A stretch of 64,000 nt of DNA from Mobula hypostoma. Its lineage: Eukaryota. Location: NCBI RefSeq assembly GCF_963921235.1, contig NC_086097.1:114950001-115014000 (forward strand), written 5' to 3'. The notes below the pieces were generated by a model. The model worked only from the letters and a program-made list of their open reading frames with translations, ran no database searches and was not told where the DNA came from. The first letter of the stretch is position 1; every line of letters begins with the position of its first letter. The position numbers and the translations under genes were made by a program. Positions 40,428 to 52,649 of this stretch are shown here, one piece after another.

Positions 40428-43400
40428 CTGGGGGAGGCATGACCTGTACAAAAGTGATGGGTTGCACCTGAACTCAATCAACTTACAGCCAGGTTTGTTA
40501 GAGCTGTTGGGGAGGGTTTAAACTAATTTGGCAGGGGGATGGGATCTGGAGTAAAGGGACTCACGATAGGATGGATAATAAGTGTAGCAAATTCAGGACT
40601 CATAGTGTTATATCTCAATGCACAGACTATAAGAAATAAGGTGGATGATCTTGTTGCACTATTACAGATTGTCAAGTAGGAATTTGTGGCCATCACTGAA
40701 TTGTGGCTGCAGCACAGTTGTAGTTGCGAGCTGAATGTCCAAGGTTACATGTTGTATCAGAGGGATAGGAAGGTAGGCAGAGGGGGTGGCGTGGCTCTGC
40801 TGGTAAAGAATGCCATCAGATCAGTAGGAACATGTGACATAGGATGAGAAGATGTCGAATCCTTATTGGATGAGTTAAGAAACCTCAAGGGTAAAAGGAC
40901 CTTGATGGCAGTTATATACAGGCCTCCCAACAGTAGATAGGATGTGGAACACAGAATACATTGGGAAATAGAAAAGACATTTCAAAAGGGCAATGTTATG
41001 ATAGTCATGGGAGATTTCAACATGCAGGTCAACTGGAAAAATCAGGTTGGTAATGGATCGCAACAGATTGAGCTTGGTGAATGCCTATGAGATGGATTTT
41101 TAGAGCAATTTGTCATTGAACCTAATAGGGAATCAGTTATACTGGTTTTGGTGTTCTGAAATGAACTGGAGGCGATTGAGGAGCTAAAGGCAAAAGAAAC
41201 ATTAAAACTGAGCACATTACAATTGAGTTCAAATCGAAATTTGATAGGGAGAAAGTAAAGTATGACATAGCAGTATTTCAGTGGAGTAAAGGAAATTACA
41301 GTGGCATGAGAGAGGAATTGACCAAAGTAAATTGGAAGGAGATGCTGGCAGGGATGACAGCAGAGCAGCAATGTAAGTTTCTGGGAAAAATGAAGAAGAT
41401 GCAGGATAGATGTATTCCAAAAACAAAGAAAAACTCAAATGGCAAAATAGTACAACCGTGGCTGACAAGGGAACTCAAAGCTAATGTGAAAGCAAAAGGG
41501 AAGGCACATAACAAAGCAAAAATTAGTAGGAAGATAAAGGATTGGGAAGCTTTTAAAAACCTACAGAGAGCCACAAAATGAATCATTAGGAAGGAATAGA
41601 TGAAATGTGAAAACAAGCTTGCAAACAATATCAAAGTGGATAGTAAAAGCTTTTTCAAGTATATAAAAAATAAAAGAAAGATGAGAGTGGATATAGGACC
41701 ACTAGAAAATGAGGCTGGAGGAATAACAGGGGGCAAGGAGATGGTGGATGAACTAAATTAGTATTTTGCATTAGTCTTCATTTGGAAGACACTAGTGGTG
41801 TTCCTGAAGTTGCAGGGTGTGAGGGAAGAGAAGTCAGTGCAGTTACTATTACAAGGGAGAAGGTGCTCAAAAAGCTGAAAATCCTAAAGGTACATAAGTC
41901 ACCCAGACCAGATGAACAGCACCTTAGGGTTCTGAAAGAGGTAGTGGTAGAGATTGTGGAAGCATTAGTAATGATCTTTCAAAAATTATTGGAGTCTGGC
42001 ATAGAACTAGAGGACTGGAAAATTGCAAATATCACTCCACTCTTTACGAAAGGAGGAAGGCAGCAGAAAGGAAATTATAGGCCAGTTAGCATGACCTCAG
42101 TGGTTGGAGTCAATTCTTAAGAATGAAGTTATGGAGTACTTGGTAACACAGGACAAGATAGGGCAAAGTCAGCATGGTTTCTTTAAGGGAAAATCTTGCC
42201 TGACAGACCTGTTGGAATTCTTTGAAATTATTATTAGGATAGAAAAAGGGGATGCAGTGGATGTTGTATATTTGGACTTCCAGAAGGCTTTTGACAAGTG
42301 CCACATATGAGGCTGCTTACCAAGTTAAGAGCCCCATGGTATTAGAGGAAAGTTGCTGGCATGGGTAGAGTATTGGCTAATTGGTAGGAGGCAGTGAGTG
42401 GGAATAAAAGGATCCTTTTCAGGTTGGCTGCCAGTGACTAGTGATGTCCTGCAGGGGTCACTGTTGGCACGGCTTCTTTTTATGCTGTATAGTAATGATT
42501 TAGATCAGCGGTCTCCAACCACCGGGCCGCAGACTGGTACCGGGCCTCAAAGCATGTGCTACTGGGCCGCGAGGAAACAATATGATTTGGCGATATGAGT
42601 CAGCTGCACCTTTCCTCATTCCCTGTCACATGCACTGTTGAACTTGAACGCACGCGAGGTTATTACGCACGCGTCACCGATGTCAACGCGGGAAGAAGAT
42701 CAACTCCTTGAGCTTGCAAGTGACGACGGGCTGAAAAGTATGTTTGACATAACATCTCTGCCGGCATTCTGGGTCAAAGTCAAGGCTGAATATCCTGAGA
42801 TAGCCACAAAAGCACTGAAAACGTTGCTTCCATTTCCAACATATCTCTGCAATGAATGCAAGGAAAACTAAATTGAGGAATAGACTGGATATTAGGAACC
42901 TCCTTCGCGTATCGCTGTCTCTCATCACCCCTCGATAGGACCATGTTGTTGCAGGGAAACAAGCCCAGGGCTCCCACTGATTCAGCAATATTGGTGTGTT
43001 GCAATTATTTTATATATTCATATGGGGAAAATATGCACTTTGTGTTTAATATCCAAATGTTATTTAAAATGTTATGATGCTATTGACTTACAAGTGACTT
43101 ATAATTGACTTATCACTATATTCATGGGAGGAAAATATGCACTGTGTGTTTAATATTAAATTCGTTAGATACCCCCTTTTATAAACAAAATTGAGTGTAT
43201 TAGCCACTTATCACCTATATTTCGGTGGTGATTAACACCACCCCCCCCGAACAGAATCGCCAAAAACGATTTCTAGAAAAAAATCGGTACGTACACGCAT
43301 GCGCACGTCATGCATGCGCACTGGTGCCCGCGCAAGGTTTCATGGTCATTGTAGTCTTTCTCAGGGTAAGTGCAACGTATTTGACTGCTACTCTTGTCCT

Positions 43401-44420
43401 TTGGCAACCCTACCCTCCCCGGTCGGCTGGTCCTCAAGAATATTGTCAATATTAGACTGGTCTGCAGTGAAAAAAGGTTGGGGACCCTGATTTAGATGAA
43501 CGAATAATGGCTTTGTTGCCAAGTTTGCAGATGCTATGAAGATTCATGAAGGGTCAGGTAGTTCTGAGGAAACAGGAAGGCTGCAGAAGGACGTACACAT
43601 TAGTAGAATGGCAAGAAAGTGGGAAATGAAATACAATGTTGGAAAATGCATGGTCATGCACTTTAGTGGAAGAAGTAATTGTGCAGTCTATTTTCAAAAT
43701 GGGGAGAAAATCCAAAATTCTGTGATGCAAAGGGACTTGGGAGTTCTTGGTTAGACCACCCTAACTGTAGATTTGGTGGTGAGGAAGGCAAATGCAACGT
43801 TAGCATTCATTTCAAGAGGTCTAGAATACAAGAGCAGGGATGTGATGTTGAGGCTTTATAAGGCACTGGTGAGACCTCACCTTGAGTATTGTGAACAGTT
43901 TTGGGCTCCTCATCTAAGAAAAGACGTCCTGACATTGGAGAGATTTCAGAAGAGGTTCACAAGGATGATTCCAGGAATGAAAGGATTATCATACCAGGAA
44001 CATTTAATGGTTCTGAGTCTGTACTTGCTGGAATTTAGGGTGAGGAGGGGCCCATTGAAACCTTTTGAATGCTGAAAGGTCTAGACAAGAGGCAATGTGG
44101 AAAGGATGTTTCCCATTGTGGGTGAGTCTAGGACAAGAGGGCACAGTCCCATGATAGAGGGGTGTCCATCAGCTGTGGCGAAATTTCTTTAGCCAGAGGG
44201 TGGTGAATCTATAGAATTTGTTACCATAGGCAGCTGTGGAGCCTAGGTTGTTGGGTGAATTTAAGGCAAAGCTTGATAGGTTCTTGATTGGACATGGCAT
44301 CATAGGTTACGGGAGGACAGGGAGTGAGGCTGAGGAGGGAAGGAAAGGATCAATGCTGATTGAATGGACGAGCAGACTCGATCAGCCAAGTGGCCTATTT
44401 TGGCTCCAATCTCTTATGGA
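40428..44420 (+). mobile_element. Degraded CR1 (end of ORF1 through 3' end) split by a hAT insertion
   Basis: DGLHLN, NYRPVS, DFQKAFDK, VRPHLEYCEQFWAP. Confidence 0.92.
42506..43489 (+). mobile_element. Charlie-like hAT derivative retaining a C-terminal dimerisation-domain fragment
   Basis: Perfect 8-bp TSD ATTTAGAT (42498-42505 and 43490-43497); LPAFWVKVKAEYPEIATKALKTLLPFPTYLC. Confidence 0.92.
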
Positions 44421-44444
44421 TCCTAATAACAAACATATCTCTTA

Positions 44445-44785
44445 ACCTCCTCACCTCTCTCCACTTACTGCATGGATCACTTCCTCCATGATTCTCTTGT
44501 CCATTCATCCCTCCCCACTCACTTCCACCCTCACTCCCATTCAGGACCCCAAACAGACCCTCCTGAAAATCTGCTGGGGTCGTCTAGTGTGTCCAGCACT
44601 CCTGGTGCAGCCTCCTCTACTGTGTATTGGTGAGACCCATCGTAAATTGGGGGACTGCTTTGTCAAGCACTTTTGCTGCTTCCACCAAAAGCAGAACTTC
44701 CTGATAGCCAAACATTTTAACTGTAATTCCCATTCCTGTTCCAACATGAAGCTTCACGGCCTCCCCTTGTGTCATGATGAGTCTT
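44445..44785 (+). mobile_element. Penelope GIY-YIG remnant
   Basis: LLCIGETHRKLGDCFVKH...IAKHFN. Confidence 0.8.
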
Positions 44786-44878
44786 GAGGATTAGCTTGTT
44801 TGATGACAGAATATTCCAACAAATTTCTGCTTTCATTAAAAATGCAAGACCACACTCACAAACTCAAGTCATACTTAT

Positions 44879-45100
44879 CTGCTCTTCCAATAGTCTTCCA
44901 GAAACACTGTCAGCATGGTAGCATTTATTTGTGGCGATTCCTGGACCCTGCTGAACATTAAGAACTTAAAGTTCTGCAGGTCTGCCCCATTAGCGACTTG
45001 CTCATTGGCGGAGTAACTGAAGGAGCTGGATTTGCTGTGGACTGTGATGCTGCCTGTGTTAGAGACACCACAGAGTGTGTGCACGAAGGAGATGTGTAGT
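44879..45100 (-). CDS. Candidate host coding exon, product unidentified
   Basis: Non-repetitive; acceptor TTGTCTTGCTGTTAG; only one open frame (73 full codons); 222 nt, phase 2-2 if the donor is CAG|ATAAGT. Confidence 0.45.
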
Positions 45101-47075
45101 CTAACAGCAAGACAATATCTTAGCTGTTTTCTTTGTGATTGCAACACCCTATTGGACTTCTACTCCAATTCATAGGTTTAATGGCAAACCGTGGAGAGCT
45201 ACACGGCCTTGATGACCGTGAGGACTTGGCCTTGAGCTGCAGTGTCACCTGCTTGCAGCCGCCCTGGAGGGATGTGCCGGAGATGGAGCAGCACAGCATA
45301 CATACTGGAGTTGATACTATCCTCTACTGTTTGCTCAGCAGAAAACATGAAATATTGTGTTCGACTGCAGACTGCTGCAACATTCATGGACTCAGGGACT
45401 TGGATAATATTTTTATTGTGTAACTATTTTACTGCAGTCTTATATGCCGTATGTATGCCTTGTGCTGGATATCACAATTGGTACTGTGTTTTTACACCTT
45501 GGCCCTGGAGTAACATTATTTTGTTTGGCTGTATTCCTGGATATCCATGTATGGTTGAGCGGCAATTGAACCTGAATTTGAACTTAATTCAATTTGCATC
45601 GCCAACAGAATATACCCCAAGCCCAAGGCAAAACATTAATTTGTTTCATAATACAATTTGAGTTCTGAATTTCATGTTTTATGGAAAAAACTCATTTGTG
45701 ATTTTCATTTTTAAATATAGCAATTACTAGCTGCTTATTGAACATCTTCTGAATCACACAATGTTATGAAGATGACTTTGAATCTCAGAACAATCTATTC
45801 TCAGACATTCTACTTCAGTTGTATGGTTTGTGATAATATCTATTAAGGGTATAAGCAAACATTATCTATTTAGTTTCTCGATTTTAATGCCTGCCAGTGG
45901 AATGAACTCTCATCCAGAAAAGATGATGCATAAATTGAAATACATAAGCAATTCAGCTATTAATGCAGGGTATAGCTGATAAAATGTCACCACATTAAAG
46001 CATAATCATTTAAATATTTTGTCTTAGCAGCATAAAAATTCATAAGCAGGATTGAGACACTATTCTATAATTCTACTATAGTCAAAGGATTGTTATAAGG
46101 AAGAGGTGCAGGAGGGTGGAGTGGGAGAAAGTTAGGGAAATGTGTCATTTTGCCCACAATCCCAGATCAATTTCAACTATAGTATAAATATAAGCTGTTT
46201 TTAAGAGATTTTTCCAACATCCAATTAGCTATTTTCTCTCTAACTTAATGCAATAATTCACGATGGCTCACCTGAATGGCCATCCCAAAATGTCTTATCA
46301 ACTTTAAATATTAGCTTTTGTGGGGAAAAAAACTCTCATTATATAATCCAGATTAATTCCTAAAATAATCTAGTATGTTCTTTGCCTTCTATTTTTGTTT
46401 TGTTTTCTTCTTCCATTCAATCTTCTATTTTTACTTTAGAGCCAATTCAAATTAATCTGCCACTACACTTATTTTAATGCTGGCATCATCTTCGTCCATT
46501 TATGGAGGATCACATATCCTCAACCAGTTTCTTTATTGTTAATTTACTTTTGAGTATTTGGTGTTGTCCGTTTAATCCCTTGTGAGTTTGCATCTAGTGT
46601 AGTACAAGGTTCTTTTGATTTCTCTCAGCTGGCTACTCTGCTTCATCCAGTGTTTGCAAAGTTGCACAGCAAAAGATGGGAAAGTTGGTGGACAGGGTTA
46701 CACTATGAGCAATGATCACTGTCTCAAGAAAGATTTTACAGGTTCTTTTCCAAGTAAACTGAAATGAAATGGAGGTCAATGATAAGAAATGGGGCTGACT
46801 CCTGAATGTAAAATTTGGTGGCTCCAGAAGAAAGAGTGACTTGGAATCATTCAGCCTGGGACAGACCCAAAACTCTCTTGTTAGGTTGGATGTCTGAATA
46901 TGTATTTCTCATAATGTATGGCAGTCCATTTTTCATGCATTAGGTTTCGACCAGAAATGTCAACCGTCTTCCTGCAGCTTGTTTGTTGCTCCAGATCCCA
47001 GCATCTGCAGTCTTTTTTGCCTGCACTGCAAAAAATATATATAAAATATTAATTTTGTTTGTCATATATACAACA

Positions 47076-47897
47076 AAACATAGAAACATAGAAAATATGT
47101 GCAGGAGTAGGCCATTCGGCCCTTCGAGCCTGCACCATCATTTATTATGATCATGGCTGATCATCCAACTCAGAACCCCGCCCCAGCCTTCCCTCCATAC
47201 CCCCTGATACCCGTAGCCACAAGGGCCATATCTAACTCCCTCTTAAATATAATCAATGAACTGGCCTCAACTGTTTCCTGTGGCAGAGAATTCCACAGAT
47301 TCACCACTCTCTGTCTGAAGAAGTTTTTCCTAATCTTGGTCCTAAAAGGCTTCCCCTTTATCCTCAAACTGTGACCCCTTGTTCTGGACTTCCCCAACAT
47401 CGGGAACAATCTTCCTGCATCTAGCCTGTCCAATCCTTTTAGGATTTTATACGTTTCAATCAGATCCCCCCTCAATCTTCTAAATTCCAACGAGTACAAG
47501 CCCAGTTCATCCAGTCTTTCTTCATATGAAAGTCCTGCCATCCCAGGAATCAATCTGGTGAACCTTCTTTGTACTCCCTCTATGGCAAGAATGTCTTTCC
47601 TCAGATTAGGGGACCAAAACTGCACATAATACTCCAGGTGTGGTCTCACCAAGGCCTTGTACAACTGCAGTAGTACCTCCCTGCTCCTGTACTCGAATCC
47701 CCTCGCTATAAACGCCAGCATATCATTCGCCTTTTTCACCGCCTGCTGTACCTGCATGCCCACTTTCAATGACTGGTGTATAATGACACCCAGGTCTCGT
47801 TGCACCTCCCCTTTTCCTAATCGGCCACCATTCAGATAATAATCTGTTTTCCTATTTTTGCCACCAAAGTGGATAACTTCACATTTATCCACATTAA
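47076..47897 (-). mobile_element. Young CR1 3' fragment, near-identical to the 3' part of the first element
   Basis: Open 240-aa RT C-terminus matching about 2893-3711; reverse tail AAACATAG repeats. Confidence 0.96.
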
Positions 47898-48669
47898 GTG
47901 AAATGGACTGCTTTCATCAAATTAAATCAGTGAGAATTGTACTGGGCAGCCTGTAAGTCTCGCCATGCTTCTAGTACCAACATAGTGTGCCCACGACTCA
48001 CCAAGTCGTAAGTCTGTGAAAACTGGGATGAAACTGGAGTATCCAGAGGAAACCCACAGTTATAAGGAGAATGTACAATCTCCTTAGAGTGACAGGAATT
48101 CTATACCAAGATCCAGGAACATCCTGTACCAAGAGATTCCAGCTTCAGGTGCAGGAATTTTCCCTCAGCTGCAGATGTGCAATTGCTAGAATCTGAAACT
48201 AAAACAAAAACTGGGATAGAGCTCAACCAGACAGGCAACATCTATGCAAAGGGAAACCAGTCAATACTTTGGCCCAATAGTTCCACACTAATTGGTCGGT
48301 GACCAATTCACTGTGTTCCTTTGAACTTTGCTGCTTATGTTGCAGAGCCTGACCTTTGGATTTAGCATCTGGAGCAGTGAGGTGCTTTGATGCATTGTGA
48401 GGCGGAGGACTTCATGGATAACATGTTTAAACAAAAGGGTGTGTGGATAATGAGGGGATGGACAAGAATGTTGGACAGACTGAAAGGAGCAGGTTGCTTG
48501 TCCAGGAGCTGCATTAATCAATCTCTCTCACAATCTTGCTTTTTAGAACTTTGAGAGGATGGTCAGGGGAGTGTAACCACGAACAGAAGCTTGACACCTT
48601 GTACATTTATAAGGAGCACTGCCACAACAAAGCACCATCCATTATCAAGGACTCCCATTAAAATGTTAC

Positions 48670-49699
48670 TGTTATGTAACCGGCAACAATGAATATCAAT
48701 CGAGACAGATTATAAAAAAACAACCAAACATTTATTAAACACGGATAAAGGATAAAAAAACAAACAAAAACTTTAACCGGAAGTTAACCGTTATGCAGCC
48801 GTTCAACAAATCGTCACTCGGCACTAGTTCTTAAAGCGTTAAATGTGAAAACAGTTCTTAAAGCGATAAAGTCAGATGTAGTTCTTAAAATGGTAAATTC
48901 AAAAGTCCAAGAGATTTATACGTCCAATTGGGAGAGACTTCTCTGGAGAAGGATTTCTTCATAGACACGACTTTCCTGCTGGTTCTGTCCAAAGGATTCA
49001 CGATGCAGTAAACAAACAGTTTAAAACAACTGATCTTAAATTCTTTTAGAGAGAGCAAACCTTTGCATGAACTTTTTACTCTTTTGGCAAGAGTTTAAAA
49101 CAACTGATCTTAAATTCTTTTAGAGAGAGCAAACCTTTGCATGAACTTTTTACTCTTTTGGCAAGAGTTTAAAACAACTGATCTTAAATTCTTTTAGAGA
49201 GAGCAAACCTTTGCATGAACTTTTTACTCTTTTGGCAAGAGTTATCTTCGATGTAGGTCGCTTTTCCTTCAATGAAACCTCAATAAGGTTGATCCTTTGT
49301 TAATCTGCTGAATGATACTGACCCCTCTCAATCCTTCAATCCTGTACTTCAATAAAGTCTTCACTCTCCCTTCTACTGCTGGAATAGGGTAAATCAGCAT
49401 ATCTAGCCAAAAAATTCCAGTCCAGTAATATTGTATCTTGCAACAGAATGCACAACCGTTTCAAAAATGAAACTGCATCACAAAAACAAACAAGCAACAG
49501 AAACGGAGACAGAGCACATTCTACCTGGAAATCTAAAAACTAAAAACTAACTGCGTCATCTGGGGTCTACCCTTAAATACCCGTGGTGCACGTGTCATCA
49601 TGTGACCTCACATCGGTGGGAAAATTACATCAGGTGACCTCCAAAAGACTATTACATCATTCTCACAAAAAAAAATCACAGATCTCGAGGCATGTAATA
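48670..49699 (-). repeat. 3' LTR (contains 3 x 74-bp tandem unit)
   Basis: TGTTATGTAACC...GCATGTAATA; colinear with 54604-55466; PPT GGAGGGAGG (minus) at 49700-49708. Confidence 0.93.
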
Positions 49700-49903
49700 C
49701 CTCCCTCCAAAAAAAAATTTTGGTCTCTTAAAGAACAAAATTTTAACAATTAACAACATACAAACAAAATACAAGGTATAAAATTTACAACATACACAAA
49801 ATATGCAGTCTTATCTTTCAACACTTTACAAACTATTGTACAGTAGGAGTGTTACAAATGTTAAAATACCACTCCATAAAAAAAACAAATTTTCATTGTA
49901 CAT

Positions 49904-51200
49904 TTAACATCTAGATAAACAATCAGCGATCACATTATCTTTACCCTTAATATGAGTGATCAAAATATTGTACTCCTGTAACATTAGACTCCAATTTAAT
50001 AATCTTCTATTTTTGTTTTTCACCTTACTCAAAAACACTAACGGATTGTGATCGGTATAAACTGTGAGTGGTTTATGAGTAGTACCAACATACACTTCAA
50101 AATGTTGTAAAACCAAAATAAGAGATAACATATCTTTCTCTATTGTTGTATGATTTCTTTGATGGGCATTAAATTTCTTAGAAAAATAAGCTACTGATCA
50201 ACTTCATCACCATCATCTTTTTGAAGTAACACTGCTCCTGCAACTTCATCACTAGCATCTACAGCAAACAAAAATGTTTTTTTCAAAATCGGGAGATTTA
50301 AGTACAGGTTGACTGCATATTATAGCTTTCAATTTATTAAATGCCTTCTGAAAAGACTCTATACAAACAAACTTTTCATTTTTCTTCAAGAGATTAGTTA
50401 ATGGAAGAGCAATGCTTGCAAAATCCTGACAAAATTTTCTGTAATATCCTACCATACCCAAAAATCTTCTGAGAGTTTTTCTACCAGTTGGAGTGGGTAC
50501 TTCTAAAGTTGCCTGTACTTTCGCTTGAACAGGTGATAATTTCCCCTGACCCACAACATAACCAAGGTAAGTCACTGTGGCATAACCAAATTCACTTTTA
50601 GCTAAGTTAATAGTTAAGTTAGCTTTTGAAAGTCTCTCAAATAGTTTCTCCACTGAAGTAATATGTGCTTTTTATGTATTATTTCCTGTAACTAAATCAT
50701 CAATATAAGCATCTGTATCTTTTAATCCCTGAATCACATTATTAATCCTCCTCTGGTGCATTCTTCATCCCAAATGGAAGAACATTATATTCATATAACC
50801 CCGATGGGGTTACAAATGCTGAAATCTCTCCTCCCCTATCTGTCAATGGAACACAGCAATAACCTTTTAACAAATCAATTTTTGTACGGAATTTGGCTTG
50901 TCCAACTTTATCCACACAATCATCTACCCTAGGGATTGGATATGCATCAGTTTTTGTTACAGCATTCACCTTTCTTTAATCCGTACAAAACCTAATACTA
51001 TTGTCTGGCTTAGGCACCATAACACAGGATGAACTCCAATTCGAATTGGAATGTCTAATAATATCATTCTCTAACATATACTTAATTTCTAGTGCAGCAA
51101 GTTCACATTTTTCCCTGTTCATTTGATACGGATGTTGTTTTATGGATTTTGCATCTCCAACATCTACATCATACGTAGCTGTGGTGGTTCTTCTAGGGAC
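49904..51200 (-). pseudogene. Gypsy RT and RNase H, fragmented
   Basis: YPIPRVDD, KIDLLKGY, LPFGMKNAP, AYIDD (about 50697-50711), YTDHNPL, KGKDNVIADCLSR. Confidence 0.92.
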
Positions 51201-51566
51201 GTCTGGAAATAAATCTCTCTATATAAAAATTAACTGTTTCATCTGCTGTCTCTGGTCTGGCTGTAAATGAGCTAATTTTTCATCAATATTTTCTAGAATT
51301 TTTGAATTTAGCAACCTGGCTGAAATAATGTTTGGTTTAAAATGAGTTTCAGATGAATCATCCATTAAGTTTTTATCAAGATCAGACTCATTATTGATCA
51401 CAACAGTCATAGTAGCAGCTTCTCTCTCATAATATGGTTTTATCATATTTATATGACACAGCTGTGCTGTCTTTCTCCGATCTGGGGTTTTTACCACGTA
51501 ATCTACATCATTTACCTTAGATTTAATCTCATAAGGACCATGAAATTTGGCTTGTAATGGGTTCGT

Positions 51567-52556
51567 TTACAGTGGGAAAAGAACCAACACCTTATCTCCA
51601 GGCTTAAGTAACCTCCCCCTAGCTTCCTTATCATACCAAGTCTTCATCTTCTCTTGAGCTAATTTTAAATTTTCCTTGGCCAAGCTACAAGCTTTATACA
51701 ACCTTTCTTTAAATTTTAAAACATAATCTAGAAAATTAGTGTGTACTTCTTTATTAATCCACTGTTCCTCCAACAAGGCCAAAGGTCCTCGAACTCTATG
51801 CCCAAACACAAGTTCAAAAGGACTAAAACCTAATGATTCCTGTACTCCCTCCCTTACTGCAAAAAGTAGTAAATGTACACCTTCATCCCAGTCCTTTTCA
51901 TTTTCCACACAATATGTCCTAATCATAGTTTTTAGTGTGGAATGAAATCTCTCCAAGGCTCCTTGTGATTCTGGATAATAGGCTGAGGAAATAATCTGTT
52001 TTGCTCCCAGTTTATAAACTATCTGCTGAAACAACCCAGACATAAAATTACTACCTTGATCTGATTGTATTTCCCTAGGCAATCCAAAATAAGTAAAAAA
52101 TTTTATAAGAGACTTTGTGACGGTTTTGGCTGTTATATTCCTAAGAGGTACTGCCTCTGGAAACCTAGATGCTGTGCACATAATAGTTAATAAATATTGA
52201 CGTCCAGTTTTAGTTTTTGGCAATGGACCTACACAGTCTACAATGATCTTGGAGAACGGCTCACCAAATACTGGAATTGGTTGCAGTGGGGCCACTGGAG
52301 TAACCTGATTAGGTTTACACACAATTTGACACATATGACACGTTCTACAAAATGTCGCCACATCTTGTCTTAAACTAGGCCAATAAAAATGTTTAGAAAC
52401 TTTGTTCATAGTTTTCTTTACACCTAAATGACCACCCAAAGGAATGCTATGAGCCATAGTTAAAATCTCATTTCGGTAAATTTTAGGAACTACTACCTGA
52501 TGATTAACTTCCCATTCCTCACTAGCAGGAATTGTAGGTGATCTCCTCTTTCTCAT
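51567..52556 (-). pseudogene. Gypsy integrase (HHCC + DDE core), upstream of RT
   Basis: AH..GGHLG..CRTCHMCQ; IVDCVGPLP; SDQGSNF; SQGALERFH. Confidence 0.93.
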
Positions 52557-52649
52557 TAATACCCCCTTTTCAAAATAATATCCTACTGGTACTTTTTCAA
52601 TTTCTCTATCTGGAAGAGCTTGTTCTTTTAATTTAACTACCTCAGGATC

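Noticed and set aside
44879..45000. Superficial resemblance of the exon peptide (FxFL...LEDxWxxR) to the GREB1 C-terminus
   Set aside because: Only a few residues, recalled from memory, with gaps needed; not enough to assign a gene.
49018..49243. Regular repeats as a CRISPR array
   Set aside because: Head-to-tail identical units without spacers, no cas genes, and they lie inside an LTR.
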